Part shown: positions 25,806 through 39,645 of the stretch, one piece after another
Position numbering within the stretch: the stretch's first letter is position 1
How the letters are laid out: the number at the start of each line of letters is the position of its first letter
Assembly: GCF_006345805.1 (NCBI RefSeq)
Contig: NC_043002.1
Coordinates: 7,440,001 to 7,504,000, forward strand
Length of the DNA stretch: 64,000 nt
From: Octopus sinensis
Lineage: Eukaryota
Direction of reading: 5' to 3'
The notes under the pieces: generated by a model
Seen by the model: the letters and a program-made list of their open reading frames with translations, nothing else
Databases searched by the model: none
Told to the model about the DNA's origin: nothing
Position numbers and translations under genes: made by a program

Positions 25806-26151
25806 AAATACATACATTCACACACACATACATATATACACATGCATACATATGTATACACATATACACACATACACACATACATATATATATGTATATA
25901 TATATATATACATGCATATATAAGAAGAGAATGATTATATTATTAATGCAAGCAACTTTTCTGTTTTTGGTGCCATGCATTAAGACTGACTAGCTTCTTT
26001 CTCTCTCACTCACTCTCTCACTCTCTCTCTATCTATCTATCTCTGTCTCTCTTTCTTTCACTCAGTCTTCTTTCTCTCTCGTTGTAGTCAGTCATTCGTC
26101 CATTTAAAGAACTCGTCGCCTCTGTTACGATAGGCAAATGAATATGAGCGG

Positions 26152-26182
<31 letters not shown>

Positions 26183-26468
26183 GACGGTAGAGATGAATAA
26201 TGTGGGAATTCGGTGAGAAAGAATGATTAAAGAGAGAAAAGGAAGAGAGAGAGTAAAACAATGATGATGGAGGAAAGATTTTACTGAGAATAAATTACAG
26301 CGAAAGAAAGAGAGTGCGAAGAGAGAGAGAGAGAGCAACAGAATTCCATGTTTGAGGAAGAGAGAGAGAGGCTAACAAGGAAGGAAGAGATAGAGACTGA
26401 GAGAGAGAGAGAGAGAGAGAAGAAAGGAAGAAAGAAAGAAAGAAAGAGAGAGAGAAGAAAGAAAGGAA

Positions 26469-26499
<31 letters not shown>

Positions 26500-27428
26500 G
26501 GAAAGAAAATTCAAAGGGGATATATTGCAGTATTAATAATAGTTGATGTAGAAATCGACAGAAAAGTAAAATGAATGAAAGAAGAAGAGAGTATAAATGG
26601 AGAGTATAAAAGGAGAGAGAGAAGGAGATAGACTGAAGGAGAGAGAAAGACTAGGAGAGCAAAAACAATGAGAGAGTAAGAAATTTAAAGAGGTGGGGGG
26701 AGGAAGAGGGTTTCTAGAAGGTTTCTCAGATCTTGGCGCTTTGGAATTCAGTTCACACATCTAGGTGGCTTAGGAGAAGCACGAGCGAGCCACGTTTGAG
26801 CCAAGTGCCATGCCGTTCTGCACCGTTGGCAACAGCGTGAGCTTTTATCAGCCGCTAACTGGCCACCATTAATGAAGATCCTATTATGATGTGAATGAAG
26901 TGTTGTGTCTTGTTGGTCAGAGAAAAGATAACGGGAGAGGTGGTGGGAGGAGAGAGTAAGGAGGAATAATGATAGATAGGTAGACATGGAGAGGCAACGA
27001 GAGAGAGAGAGAATGAGAGAGTGAGAAAGAGAGAGGGAGAGCAATTGAGAAATGGTAAACAATGAGAGAAGACAGAAAATTATTATGAAACAGAAGAAAC
27101 CACAGGAAGTGGTGGGAGATGATGGAAATAAAAAGGAAATGGAAAACGAAGAAGAAGAAGAAGAAGAAGAAGAAGAAGAAAGACAAATAATGGAAGAAAG
27201 CAAGAGCCGATAGCCATTTGGTCATTCATGCACGACCGACTCTCTAATGCGGGACAGTAAGCATGACCATTGGCTGTGGAATGTCATCGGAATGGGTAAT
27301 GATAGTAATGGTGGTGGTGGTGGTGGTGGTGGTGGTGGTGGTGGTAGCGCTAGTAGAGATGTGTCGGGTTGCAGCCGGTGATGGTGGTGTTAGTGATGCT
27401 AGTGACGTTAGTGGTGTTGATGGTAGCA

Positions 27429-27463
<35 letters not shown>

Positions 27464-28153
27464 AGTCGATTATATTTGCTTGCCTCTTTCTCCGCCTACA
27501 CCTCCTTAATACGCCCCCTACCACCACCACCACCACCACCACCACCGCCACCGCCACCGCCGCCTCTTTCTACATCACAAGCACTAAAACAATACTGACT
27601 TTATATATCCGGTTAGCCGACTGGTAATTATGAAACCTTTCTGGTATTGGACCGAGACTTTCGTCCGTTCGCGCTCTCGTCCTTTCGCTCATTCGTTTGT
27701 TTAGTAAAAGGAATGCAAGAGATTCTTCAAAACCTTTTCACTACCAAACCGCAAACTCATTTTTCCATACACGTCCAATTCTTACTCTTCGCTCTCGTTT
27801 CCTCCTTATTACTTTTCTTTTTTATTTATAGCTTAGCTTTGTTTTGATTGTGTTACTTCTCTCTCTCTCTCTATCTTCCCTCTGTCCCTCCTTCCCCTCT
27901 GTCCCTCCTTCCCCCCTCTCTCTCTCACCCTCTTGTTTTGTTATAGTTTCTCCACTTTTCGATCCATTACCATCAAGTTTTGCAAAACGTACTTTCCGAT
28001 GACTTAGACCATAACAGGACACTTTAGCTGATGATAGTTTAGTATTCCTAAAACTAAACACCACGCACCTGACACTCATTGATATCAAACCCTGAAAGGT
28101 TTTTCACTCACCTTCCCCATTACCTCTCCCTACCCATCTCCTTCTCTCACCCT

Positions 28154-28190
<37 letters not shown>

Positions 28191-28439
28191 GACCGTCTGT
28201 TAAGATAGCCGGTTATCACTTTCATTCTAGCAATTTCTCAAATTGTGTCATAGTTTTATATGCAAATGCAATTATTGTTTTTATGCAGGAACTGTATTCG
28301 TTATTTCTGTGTAGTGAATTGTCTGAATTAATACATTTTTATTATTGCGCTTCCGTCCATTGCTTCACTAGTTGAAGCCGACTGACAACGTCGCTTGAGA
28401 TCGAACGTTCGACTCTGTGCGTCTGAATTTATATACATA

Positions 28440-28842
28440 CTCTTTTACTCTTTTACTTGTTTCAGTCAGCTGACTGCGGCCATGCTGGAGCACCGCCTTT
28501 TAGTCGAGCAACTCGACCCCGGGACTTATTCTTTGTAAGCCCAGTACTTATTCTATCGGTCTCTTTTGCCGAACCGCTAAGTGACGGGGACGTAAACACA
28601 CCAGCATCGGTTGTCAAGCAATGCTAGGGGGACAAACACAGACGCACAAACACACACGCACATATATATATATACATATATACGACGGGCTTCTTTCAGT
28701 TTCCGTCTACCAAATCCACTCACAAGGCTTTGGTCGGCCCGAGGCTATAACAGAAGACACTTGCCCAAGATGCCACGCAGTGGGACTGAACCTGGAACCA
28801 TGTGGTTCGTAAGCAAGCTACTTACCACACAGCCACTCCTGC
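28440..28842 (-). mobile_element. SINE family B, full length
   Basis: Reverse complement of the 51024-51420 consensus. Confidence 0.9.
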
Positions 28843-28951
28843 ACATGTTTTCGGTTGGGGGAAAATGGTTCAATAAATATCCTAGGTTGCATCCAAAGAA
28901 GGATTACTCGATTGATTGGCATTCGATCACTGACGCTCAGGTGTGCTGCTT

Positions 28952-28998
<47 letters not shown>

Positions 28999-29984
28999 GC
29001 CTTTTCTACCGCTACCATAATGATCTTCGATCATCGAAGATAGTTGGCTTTCTATTTCCACCACTCGTCTTACCTCTTGTCACCCTTCAATCTTCTCCCC
29101 ACCATCCTCAGTTCTTCTTTTCCAAAATACTGGCCCTTTCATTGCGCTTGTCCTTCCTGTAAGTGTTGACTTGTGACAGAATAAACGGAACATTAACAAC
29201 ACCAGGTTCACAGGTCTGCAAAGATAATGGGGCACTGCCCTTCCTCCAGACACAACAAGTAAGAAAAATAAAGAAATCGCCCTCTCAAAGATGGCTCTGC
29301 GAATGAAAGAGCTTATAACTGGATTACCTTTACACAGAGTAGGGACAGGGAATTTATAAAATTAATAGAAGAGGGAAGAAACACCTCGCTTTATTCATTG
29401 ACATCTCTTTCCAATTGGAGTTCAAACCTAGGCGAGGTCATCGTCTTTGCTTTTCCGCCCTCCAGATGAAATGTACTGGCTTAATTTAAACAATTGAGAT
29501 TTAAAGCTCAATTTGTGGCCGTATGCCTATCTTACAGTTCTTTGTTACCAGACTCAAGGTATTAGCCAAACTACAGAGACAGAATAAATAACTCTAAACA
29601 ACACCAACAACCTGCTAGATATAGCAACCAAATGCCCTTTTATCATCTTAAAATATATGAAAACGCTTAAAGAAATACTTCATCATAGATGTGCTCTATC
29701 TTGGAGATGTAAAAGATATAATGGTCATGGAACATAGGTCTCTTTGATTAGGCCTGATTCGTGGTTTGACAACAATGACGACGAAGAGGAGAGAGAAAAA
29801 GATTAGAAGGGCAGAAAATAAGAGAGAAAGAACACAACCAGTTATTTCAAATTGAAGGGTCGTATAAAGCACTCTTCATATATTTGTACTTATTTATGAC
29901 ACAGTCGTTGTTATAGATTTCCCACAGGTTCTTGAAGAAAGATATACACCAACCAACGTGCATGCATGCATATTTCTTATCTTT

Positions 29985-30325
29985 ATCTTTTGCTTCTTGT
30001 TCAGTCATTGGACTGCGGCCACGGCGGGGTAGCGTGTTGAAGGATTTTAGTCGAACAGACAAAAGTACTTTTTTAAAGTCTGGTACTTACTTTGTCGGCC
30101 TATTTTCCCGAACCACCTAGTTCTGGAGACATACACGAAGGCTATCAAGCGGCACGGGTGGCACGAACACTGACACAAAAGCACACAAACAATCACAAAC
30201 ACACGCACATACATGCTATGAGCGTCGCAGACTTTCAATCAAATTGCATTTACAAAGTACTGTTAAACTCTAGCGGAAGGTGACATGCAGTGGGACTGAA
30301 CTCGGATCCTTCCGGTTGCAAAGCT
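29985..30325 (-). mobile_element. Diverged SINE family B copy
   Basis: gactgcggcca, gcagtgggactgaac and tacttac motifs in consensus order. Confidence 0.65.
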
Positions 30326-30640
30326 ATCTTCGTAGCAATAGATTAACGCCTGGGTCCATACCCAGAAGATCGTTACAAAAGAACGTGTAGAAAATCCATA
30401 GCAAAATCGATAACGAATCAGTGATTCGTTCCAAATGGGCATACTTCCTACCATCAACTACCACCCAACTACCACACGCACACCCATGCATGATCACACC
30501 CCACATACATACATAACATCTCACATACATACACATATACATTGACTAAAGTATATGTGCATACACACACACACATATATATGTGTATGCATGCATATAT
30601 ATTTGCGAGTATATATATATATATAACACATACATACATG

Positions 30641-30695
<55 letters not shown>

Positions 30696-31058
30696 TTATA
30701 TATTTATATATGTATGTATGTATGTATGTATGTGAGTATATCGCCATGTTTCAGTCGATCGGTGACTGATTGGCTATATCGATGAATTGACTTGTGAGAA
30801 ATTACTGGCGCCCCGCACTAGCAGATCTTTTGTTTAGTAACAAGTGTGAATAGTATCACGCCAGGCCAAAAGAGGGAGCTGTTATCGAACGAAAACATGG
30901 CGGCAACCCCGCCTTTTAACTGCTGGCTTGTCTGATGCTGATCAAAACAATTTTTTCACATACACACCATGAACAAAGATTTACATGCAGACAGCGGTAT
31001 ATAGAAGTATGCGTATATGAATGTCCATGTATGTACACTTATGCATATATATAATGTA

Positions 31059-31118
<60 letters not shown>

Positions 31119-31295
31119 ATATATATTATATATATATATGTATGTATGCATGTATGTATATATACATAGCGCCAGGCACAACTATATACTCATCTACTTG
31201 TTGGTGAGTGGTAATATACATTTTGCACTGCCACCCACGTTATATGTATTCGGAAAATATATCTACATACATACATACATATGTATATATATATC

Positions 31296-31327
<32 letters not shown>

Positions 31328-31414
31328 GAATGCATGTACGTATGTATAAACACCGAGAAACGTACAAAGGACAAATACCAGAAAAGACTAATACGTGTAA
31401 GTGTATAAGTGTTA

Positions 31415-31471
<57 letters not shown>

Positions 31472-32344
31472 GATATTATATACATGTAATGTGTGTGGTT
31501 GTACAGAATATGTAGATAATTTTCTAGATTAGTGTATCTTAGCGCCATTGTCTCATCTGTATATACATACATACATACATACATGCTTACATACGCACAT
31601 ACACATGTAGATATGCATATGTGTGTGTGCGTGTGTATACATATATATGGACAATAACAATAACAACAACTATATATGGACAATAACAATAACAACAACG
31701 ATAGCCACAACATTTCTTACTCAAACAATAATAACAACAGCAACAATAACAACAATAACTCCCCCCCACACACACACAGACAAGAATACCGACCACATCA
31801 TTCACACACCATTACCAAATCAACACCACCCACAACAATGACAACACTAGCAATAATAATGCCAGTAACTATAACAACAACAACCACGACGATAGTGACA
31901 CCAGTAGTACCCTACACTTTGTCTTCTATAACCCCAACAACAAATCGTATGGTAGGACGAGGATCTATCCCGCAGACTTACCCTTCAACAAAAGGGTACG
32001 TATCCCACCACAGATTGACAATGGGAAAGAGGCAAAGATTTCCTTGGCTAGAAATAGCCTCTGACACATCTTAGACTGGCACTACAAAACCACTAAAAAA
32101 ACATAATGATGGGGAGTAGAAGACACTTGCCCAAGGTGCCACGCAGTGGGACTGAACTCGGAACCATGTGGTTGGTAAGCAAGGTACTTACCACACAGCA
32201 AGTCATATCACATGCGCCCCAGTAAATATACATGCATGCCTACATATAGATATACATACATACATACAAACATACGTACATACATATATATATATACACT
32301 CAAATGCATATATATATATATGAATATATATGTGCACGTATATA

Positions 32345-32396
<52 letters not shown>

Positions 32397-32514
32397 TATA
32401 TATATATATATATATTCATACATTATATACATATAACATCTATATATATATAGATATATATATATATAGATGTATAATGTATATAATGTATGAATATATA
32501 TATGTGTGTTTACG

Positions 32515-32545
<31 letters not shown>

Positions 32546-33263
32546 ATATATATAATATATATATATATATTATATATACATGTATGTGTGTTTTGAGTGT
32601 GTGTGAGCAAGTATGTATGTATGCACACACAGATACATGCAAACACGCCCCTAACAGAATATGTACATACATATATATGTATCTATATAAATAATTGTTC
32701 TATTAGAGGTATTTCAGTGTGTGTTTGGACGATGAAGGTGGGATGGGGGCGTGGCGGACCGTATGTGTTTAACCTTTTCAATGTAGGAAGTTGAACGCAA
32801 GTTAAGAGTTTGTTGGGGTCTTTATGTGTCACGCATCACTGAACTCAAGGTAAATTCCGGTCACCATTTGACCTCTCTCTTTTTGTCATATACTTACTCA
32901 AGGAAATGCTTATACCGACACACGTATAAACACGTATATAACTATAGATACGTTTGTGTATTTATATACAGAAACATGCAAATGCACGCAGATATGGACT
33001 TAGCAAGTCTTTCCAGTTGCTGCTTAATTGGAAAACCATAATCAGAAACAATAATAAGCAATTATTATCCCACAGCAATGTCACTCGGTCTGTTCGTGTA
33101 TTATAATACGGTCTACTGGTGGAGACAGCAGATTGGTTAAGCAGTTTCGATTCCGCTGCATGGTACTTCGGATCGACTTTAGTCTTCTTACTGAATTGAC
33201 TTGAAAACTGTAAGGATGCCTGTTAGAAGAAGTGTACACATTATAATGTCGTAGACACATACC

Positions 33264-33951
33264 TGTTTATGTACTACCCACAAGGGGCCAAACACAAAGA
33301 GGACAAACAAGAACAGACAAACGGATTAAGTCGATTATATCGACCCCAGTGCGTAACTGGTACTTATTTAATCGACCCCGAAAGGATGAAAGGCAAAGTC
33401 GAGCTCAGCGGAATTTGAACTCAGAACATAAAGACAGACGAAATACCTGTTTCTTTACTACCCACAAGGGGCCAAACACAGAGAGGACAAGCAAGAAAGA
33501 CAACGGATTAAGTCGATTATATCGACCCAGTGCGAATGGTACTTATTTATCGACCCCGAAAGGATGAAAGTCGAGCTCAGCGGAATTGAACTCAGAACAT
33601 AAAGACAGACGAATACCTGTTTCTTTACTACCCACAAGGGGCCAAACACCGAGAGGACACAAGAACAGACAAACGGATTAAGTCGCTTATATCGACCCAG
33701 TGCGTAACTGGTACTTATTTAATCGACCCCGAAAGGATGAAAGGCAAAGTCGACCTCAGCGGAATTTGAATCAGAACTATAGACGGACGAAATACCTGTT
33801 TCTTTACTACCACAAGGGCCAACACAGAGAGAGACAAACAAGAACAGACAAACGGATTAAGTCGCTTATATCGACCCCAGTGCGTAACTGGTACTTATTT
33901 AATCGACCATCCCGGAAGGATGAAAGGCAAAGTCGACCTCGGCGGAATTTG
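33264..33951 (-). mobile_element. SINE family A head-to-tail tetramer (5'-truncated)
   Basis: Four ~170-180 bp units joined at AAAGAAACA|GGTATTTCGTC; flanking TSD-like gtagacacatacc (33251-33263) and gtagacacaatcc (33954-33966). Confidence 0.9.
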
Positions 33952-34261
33952 TGGTAGACACAATCCGTTGTCTGGTTCGACATCACCACCTGATCTTGTG
34001 TGGTTTTAGTGGATGTCAACAAGACAGCTGAAAGTAATGTCTCAAAATGAGCCTTCTACATCCAAAAATACAAATATGGTAGGGATTAACAGTGCAATAC
34101 AATGAGCTGAAAATCTTTGATCAACTGGGATTACCCATGAGATTAGATGACAAAACAGAAAGAAAAAACAACCACTAGGTTTTCATAAGTTCAGAAGAGG
34201 TTTTTATTTAATAATTATTTGGATCACATACCAACATAACGATACATTTTTTCTATTTTGC

Positions 34262-34402
34262 CCCAACCGGTCCTCCTTCAACCTTATTTAAAAGAAATCA
34301 AAGAATAAAAAAATACCTCATAAGATTCAAAACGTATTTGGACAAGTTCCTCCCAGATAAACCACCGACTTCCTGATAGATCGCGTCAAACAACTCCTAC
34401 TT
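34262..34402 (+). pseudogene. CR1/L2-like LINE ORF2 C-terminal remnant
   Basis: Decayed translation GP..FN..KEIKE...FKTYLDKFLPDKP...SNNS resembles the GPxLFNxLP...FKxxLDKFL..PDxP LINE tail. Confidence 0.55.
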
Positions 34403-35824
34403 TAGTGGAGTATGTATGTATGTATGTATGTATGTATGTATGTATGTATGTATGTATGTATGTATGTATGTATGTTCTATGTCCCCACGCATGATACAGC
34501 CTTAAGACATTTATTGGATGGCCGTTGACTCTCAAGAGTTCCTCAAGGACTCCTAGCCTTTGTTAAGGCATCCTTCTAGGAGAAGGTAACTCAGGTGACT
34601 GGGATAACTCCGACATAAAACCTGCGGATGATGTTGACTAGTTCTTCTTTTCGGATTATGGCTGCTGTTGCTTAGTGAGTGGGATTGACTCAGTGCACAG
34701 CCTTTCCTCACTTAAAAAAAAATCTTCTTGCACAGGCATTGCCCGATAACAACATTGATTAAGTTTCGTGCAGTGGCCATACTCGATAACGAGGGGGCAG
34801 CCACCATATATGTATGTTATGTATGTATGTATGTATGTATGTATGTATGTATGTATGTATGTATTTATGTATGTATGTATGTATGTATGCATGTATGTAT
34901 GCATGAATGTATGATGTATGTATGTTTGTATATATTACTGACATCACATACTTAATATATGACTTTTGTTTATGAGCTTATTAACTGCGGGATGACGTCA
35001 GGATGAAAGTCCCTTTAAGACGCAAAGTGTTAAAAACCCTGAATTCCTCAAACCAGTCCCGTAGGTGAACGAGAACAATGGAAACCGATATTCCGCTTTT
35101 ATTTCAATTCATCGGCATCATATATCCAAGTTACTTGGAAACGAACTGGAATCGCCGGTCTGATTTATATATGTTAATAATGTCGAAATTTGTCCGCTGA
35201 CATGCAAAAGCGCTGCACAAGTAAAACAAAATTAAATTTTGAATTATAAGCAGGTCTGATAATGTAAGCATTACCGATGTTACACAGTTAATGCCGTTCT
35301 TTATGCAGTGAAATGGGAATATGCTTTGCTATTGTTAATAATATCGAATAAGTTACTAATAGTTAAACTATATTATTCTTATTGATAACATATATTTATT
35401 GGAATATGAAATGAGAAATTTGTTTTATTTAAATATTATTAAATAATTATATTTTAAGAAATATTTCTATTTTAAAAGTTGGTATTCATTATATTAGTTT
35501 GTATAAGCATTATGAGATCTAAATAAAATAAAATGATAATTATTCCGTCTACGTAACATTAACTGATATTATTCACAACGGCAAAAGTACATTCCAACAT
35601 TATTGAGGTTTTGTATCTTAAATAAGAAAATCAATACAGGACACATCAATTGCTGTATTGAACCACTGCACGCGCGCACACACACACACACACATAAGCA
35701 CACACACCTGTATACACATACACACACATGTACATGCACGTACACATACGCACTCTCACACTCTTATACAGCCAGACACGCAAGTACATATACACACATT
35801 CACACTCATATACATATGCATATA

Positions 35825-35860
<36 letters not shown>

Positions 35861-36299
35861 CATACACACACACACACACACATATATATATATTATGTGT
35901 GTATGTACATATTTATATATGTACACATATATATATGCATATGTACACATATATATATGCATATGTATGCATATATATGTTGGCGATTCGCTCCAAGAGT
36001 AAACGCTACTCATTACTTCAAAGAAATGTCTTTATGTATACTATTCAACCTATAACCAACCGTCCTGGAGTCTTTGAAAATAAAGCATTACTAAGTAACT
36101 TGGGGACATTTAGCATAAGTTTATGAGAAAAGAAGTCGTTGGAGAGCGAGGCAGATTTTCTAAACACAACGCGGCAACATGTAACAGCGCGCGGCAAAAC
36201 ACAGGATATTGCCCACGAAATGAAATGTTTCTTGATGAAATCAATTTTCACATTTTCCATGTTGATATAAGCCTTTCATGAGCATGATAAAAATAAATA

Positions 36300-36549
36300 A
36301 ATGCGCCCTTTTAAAGCCTAGCTAGGCTCATGGGCCCGGTTTCCCGGTTTCAATGGCGTATGTGTTGCGCAGTTGGATGGGACGCTAATCCATCGCAGCG
36401 TTACTCATTTCTGCCAGCTGAGTGGACTGAAGCAACGTGAAATGAAGTGTTTTGCTCAAGAACACGACGCGTCGCCCGGTCAAGGAATCGAAACCACAAT
36501 CTTACGATCATGATGCTGACACCCTAACCACTAAGCCACGCGCCTCCAC
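36300..36549 (-). mobile_element. tRNA-derived SINE family D, full length
   Basis: Minus strand TGGAGGCGCGTGGCTTAGTGGTTAGGGTG...GGTTTCGATTCC head and (TTTA)n tail; tttcatgag repeated on both flanks. Confidence 0.85.
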
Positions 36550-37201
36550 ATTTCATGAGTATAGATACTTCCTAATAAGGTAATCTAGTAATTTTATCAA
36601 CATGAAGTAGACTATTCCTCGGTATCAAAACTGAATCTGGTGTACGCCTAAGTGTACTGTATGTAGCGTTTTTCGTTCATGCATGAAGTTTGTTTATAAA
36701 ATTAATTTTTCGATAAAACTTCCTGGATTTATTCTGCCGGAGAGTATCAAAACCCATAAAATTACAAAGGGAAGAATAATTTGATCAATAAAAATTAACT
36801 TTTTCTGGGTTAAATTGACTAAACAGAGCAGGAGACACGTAAGATGGAGAGTCGATGAAGAGGTCACATTCGCTGGTGAAGACAAGAATATAATGCATGT
36901 GGTTAGATGGCAAAAAAAGACCAAACCCAAATATAACAATCTCTGTCTCAACACACGATTCTACATCAGCAATCTTCCAATACAAATCCATAAACGTAGA
37001 CATTGAAAGATGTTTCTTGCTTTCATTTTGGTTAAAACCGTTAAAAGACGAATGACAAATTTACGTTATGAATACATGTTTGCAATTTATGGAAGGATCT
37101 AGTCGATACCACTTGCCTAATACTGGATAGGTGCTTTATCTTATCGACCCCGAGTCGAGGCAAAGTTGACCTCGACTGGATTTCAATTGGGAATGTTAAT
37201 A

Positions 37202-37383
37202 GGCGTAGGAGTGGCTGTGTGGTAATTAGCTTGCAAACCAACCACATGGTTTCGGGTTCAATCCCACTGCGTGGCATCTTGGGCAAGTGTCTTCTGCTAT
37301 AGCCCCGGGCCGACCAATGCCTTGTGAGTGGATTTGGTAGACGGAAACTGAAAGAAGCCTGTCTTTACTATGTATATATATAT

Positions 37384-37416
<33 letters not shown>

Positions 37417-37637
37417 TAATATATATATATATATATATGTATGTGTGGTGTGTTTGTGTGTCTATGCTTGTCCCCCTAGCATTGCTTGACAACCGATGCT
37501 GGTGTGTTACGTCCCGTCACTTAGCGGTTCGGCAAAAGAGACCGATGGAATAAGTACTGGGCTTACAAAGAATAAGTCCCGGGGTCGCTTTGCTCGACTA
37601 AAGGCGGTGCTGAAACAAGTAAAAGAGTAAAAGAGAG
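37202..37637 (+). mobile_element. SINE family B
   Basis: GGCGTAGGAGTGGCTGTGTGGTAA head through the GTAAAAGA tail. Confidence 0.9.
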
Positions 37638-37744
37638 TTGGATCAAATCCGGCTTACAAAACATTTTTCTCCCGACGCTTTGTCGATTCTTATCGTTTTG
37701 AAAAATAGTAACAGCATATTCGAAAGGTTTTAAGCTAAATTGAG

Positions 37745-37945
37745 TCCAAATTTCAACACAGGGCCAGCAATTTCAGGGGGTGGCTAAGACAATTAAATCA
37801 ACTCAGTGTCCAGCTGTTACTTATTTTATTGACCTCCAAAGGATGAATGGCAAGTCAACCTAGGCAATTTGAACTCAGAACGTAAAGACGGACGAAAAAC
37901 TACTATTTTGCCCGGCGTGCTAACGATTCTGCGAGGTCGCCGCGT
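37745..37945 (-). mobile_element. Diverged SINE family A-related copy
   Basis: aaaggatgaa, ttgaactcagaacgtaa and gcccggcgtgctaacg motifs. Confidence 0.75.
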
Positions 37946-38344
37946 TATCCTGTACCTAACTTAGAAGGAATTATTAGCACTACCGGTGGATTAGTGGAAA
38001 TGAAAAAGAGTTTAATCGAGGAAAATACCCACTCAATAGTAAAATGGACGGAATGGGGGTGGGGTGAGTTAAACATACTTGATATAGTGAAACAAGAGAT
38101 TTTAAATAATTAAACTACATCCATAATAATGAAAAAAAGTCATTATCTTAATAACTAGTTCGACCGAAGCAAGGCAGGAAAATAAGCGGGAATAGTCTAC
38201 TAACGTTGACTGCTTTAAGGTTGATGGCATAAACAATTACCTAAGTGGTTTTGGGTTCAAAAATTTATTATACTCCTAACCTGTGAATACTGATCGGATT
38301 AAAAGAAAAATAAAAGAAATTATCAACATTATCAGAACACTGAA

Positions 38345-38555
38345 GGCATCGAGCTGGCAGAATCGTTAGCACGCCGGGCAAAGTGCTTAGCGGCATTTCG
38401 TCCGTCTTTATGCTCCGGGTTCAAATGCTACCGGTGTCGACTTTGCCTTTCATCTTTTCGGAGTTGATAAAATAGGTACCAGTTGAGCATTCGGGTGTTG
38501 ATTAAGTCGACTTAGCCGCTCATGTGAAATTGCTGGCCAAAATTTGAAATTGATA
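38345..38555 (+). mobile_element. Diverged SINE family A-related copy
   Basis: gagctggcagaatcgttagcacgccgggc head; attatcagaacactga repeated on both flanks (TSD). Confidence 0.8.
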
Positions 38556-39099
38556 TTATCAGAACACTGATTCCATCAGAGTCCTTCCTACAAATAAATT
38601 TGATTAATATCTCCGTTTCTCACAGTCTTTTCTTTTCTAAATTTGAAATATGGCTGGACCTGGAAGGGGGAATATATAGGAATAAAAATAAAAAATCGGT
38701 TCCAGTGATATTTGAACTCAGAAGCGAAAGTTTTAAAAAAATGAATATAATGTATTCAAGTCAAGTGTCCAGTTGTATAGAACATCTATCGCCGTACAAG
38801 GACCCAAGTGAATTTTGGACATCGCTCAAATCCGCAATAAGAAAAGTCTACCCGCAAAATATAAAAGTTATATATATTAAAACAAGATATTGCAATACTG
38901 GAGACAAAGAATTCAAAAAGTATTATTATCCCCTCTTACACCTCAGTACACTAATAATAATTATTGTTCGAATTTCCAACTCTAAGTCGATATTTTTTAA
39001 AAATTATAAATAAAGAGAAAAACTAGCTAAGAGACTTCATAAATTTTGCTTATTACTTCGAGACCCTAATACAACCTAATACATACCCTTTAAGTATAT

Positions 39100-39331
39100 T
39101 TATTTCTTTATTGCCCACAGGGGGCTAAACATAGAGGAGACAAACAAGGACAGACAAAGGGATTAAGTCGATTGCATTGACCCCGGTGCGTAACTGGTAC
39201 TTATTTAATCGACCCCGAAAGGATAAAAGGCAAGGTCGACCTCGGCGGAGTTTGAACTCAGAACGTAACGGCAGACGAATTACTGCTAAGCATTTCGCCT
39301 GGCGTGCTAACGTTTCTGCCAGCTCGCCGCC
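39100..39331 (-). mobile_element. SINE family A, full length
   Basis: TSD ccctttaagtatatt on both flanks. Confidence 0.9.
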
Positions 39332-39645
39332 TTCATTCCCTTTAAGTATATTGTGACCGTAATAGGATTGACCCTATCAGTGAGTTCATAAGTTCGCTGT
39401 CTAACAGAGAGAGAAAGAGAGAGAGAGAAAGAGAGGGAGAGGGGGTAGGAATAGAGAGAGAGAGGTTTGACAATGAAGACGGGAATAATGTAACTCAAAA
39501 CATGAATACATATGGTTTCAAATTAAAACGGCAAATGTTACAAAGCACCAAAGGCCGAGAACTTCGTGCTTGACACTTATTTAGTGCCATGCACACAATC
39601 TCGCTGCTTGGGTCACTTGGTATCTTATATTGATTAAAGTAAAAA

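Noticed and set aside
26737-26758. Minus-strand TGTGAACTGAATTCCAAAGCGC resembles vertebrate miR-146
   Set aside because: The mismatch falls in the seed, I see no pre-miRNA hairpin, and miR-146 is not expected in a mollusc; probably chance.
28023-28062. tttag-CTGATGA followed by a tagtttag/ctaaaacta hairpin
   Set aside because: No GAAA after the stem and no stem I partner, so it is not a hammerhead.
33264-33951. Repeat array superficially like CRISPR
   Set aside because: The units are whole SINE bodies with no unique spacers, in a eukaryotic context.
36045-36260. 71-aa non-repetitive ORF; weak Tc1-like QHNAATC motif on the other strand
   Set aside because: No recognisable domain or splice signals; similarity too weak to call.
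38600-39013. 137-aa ORF
   Set aside because: AT-rich, starts at a non-ATG codon, includes decayed SINE sequence (tttgaactcagaa) and has no recognisable motif.
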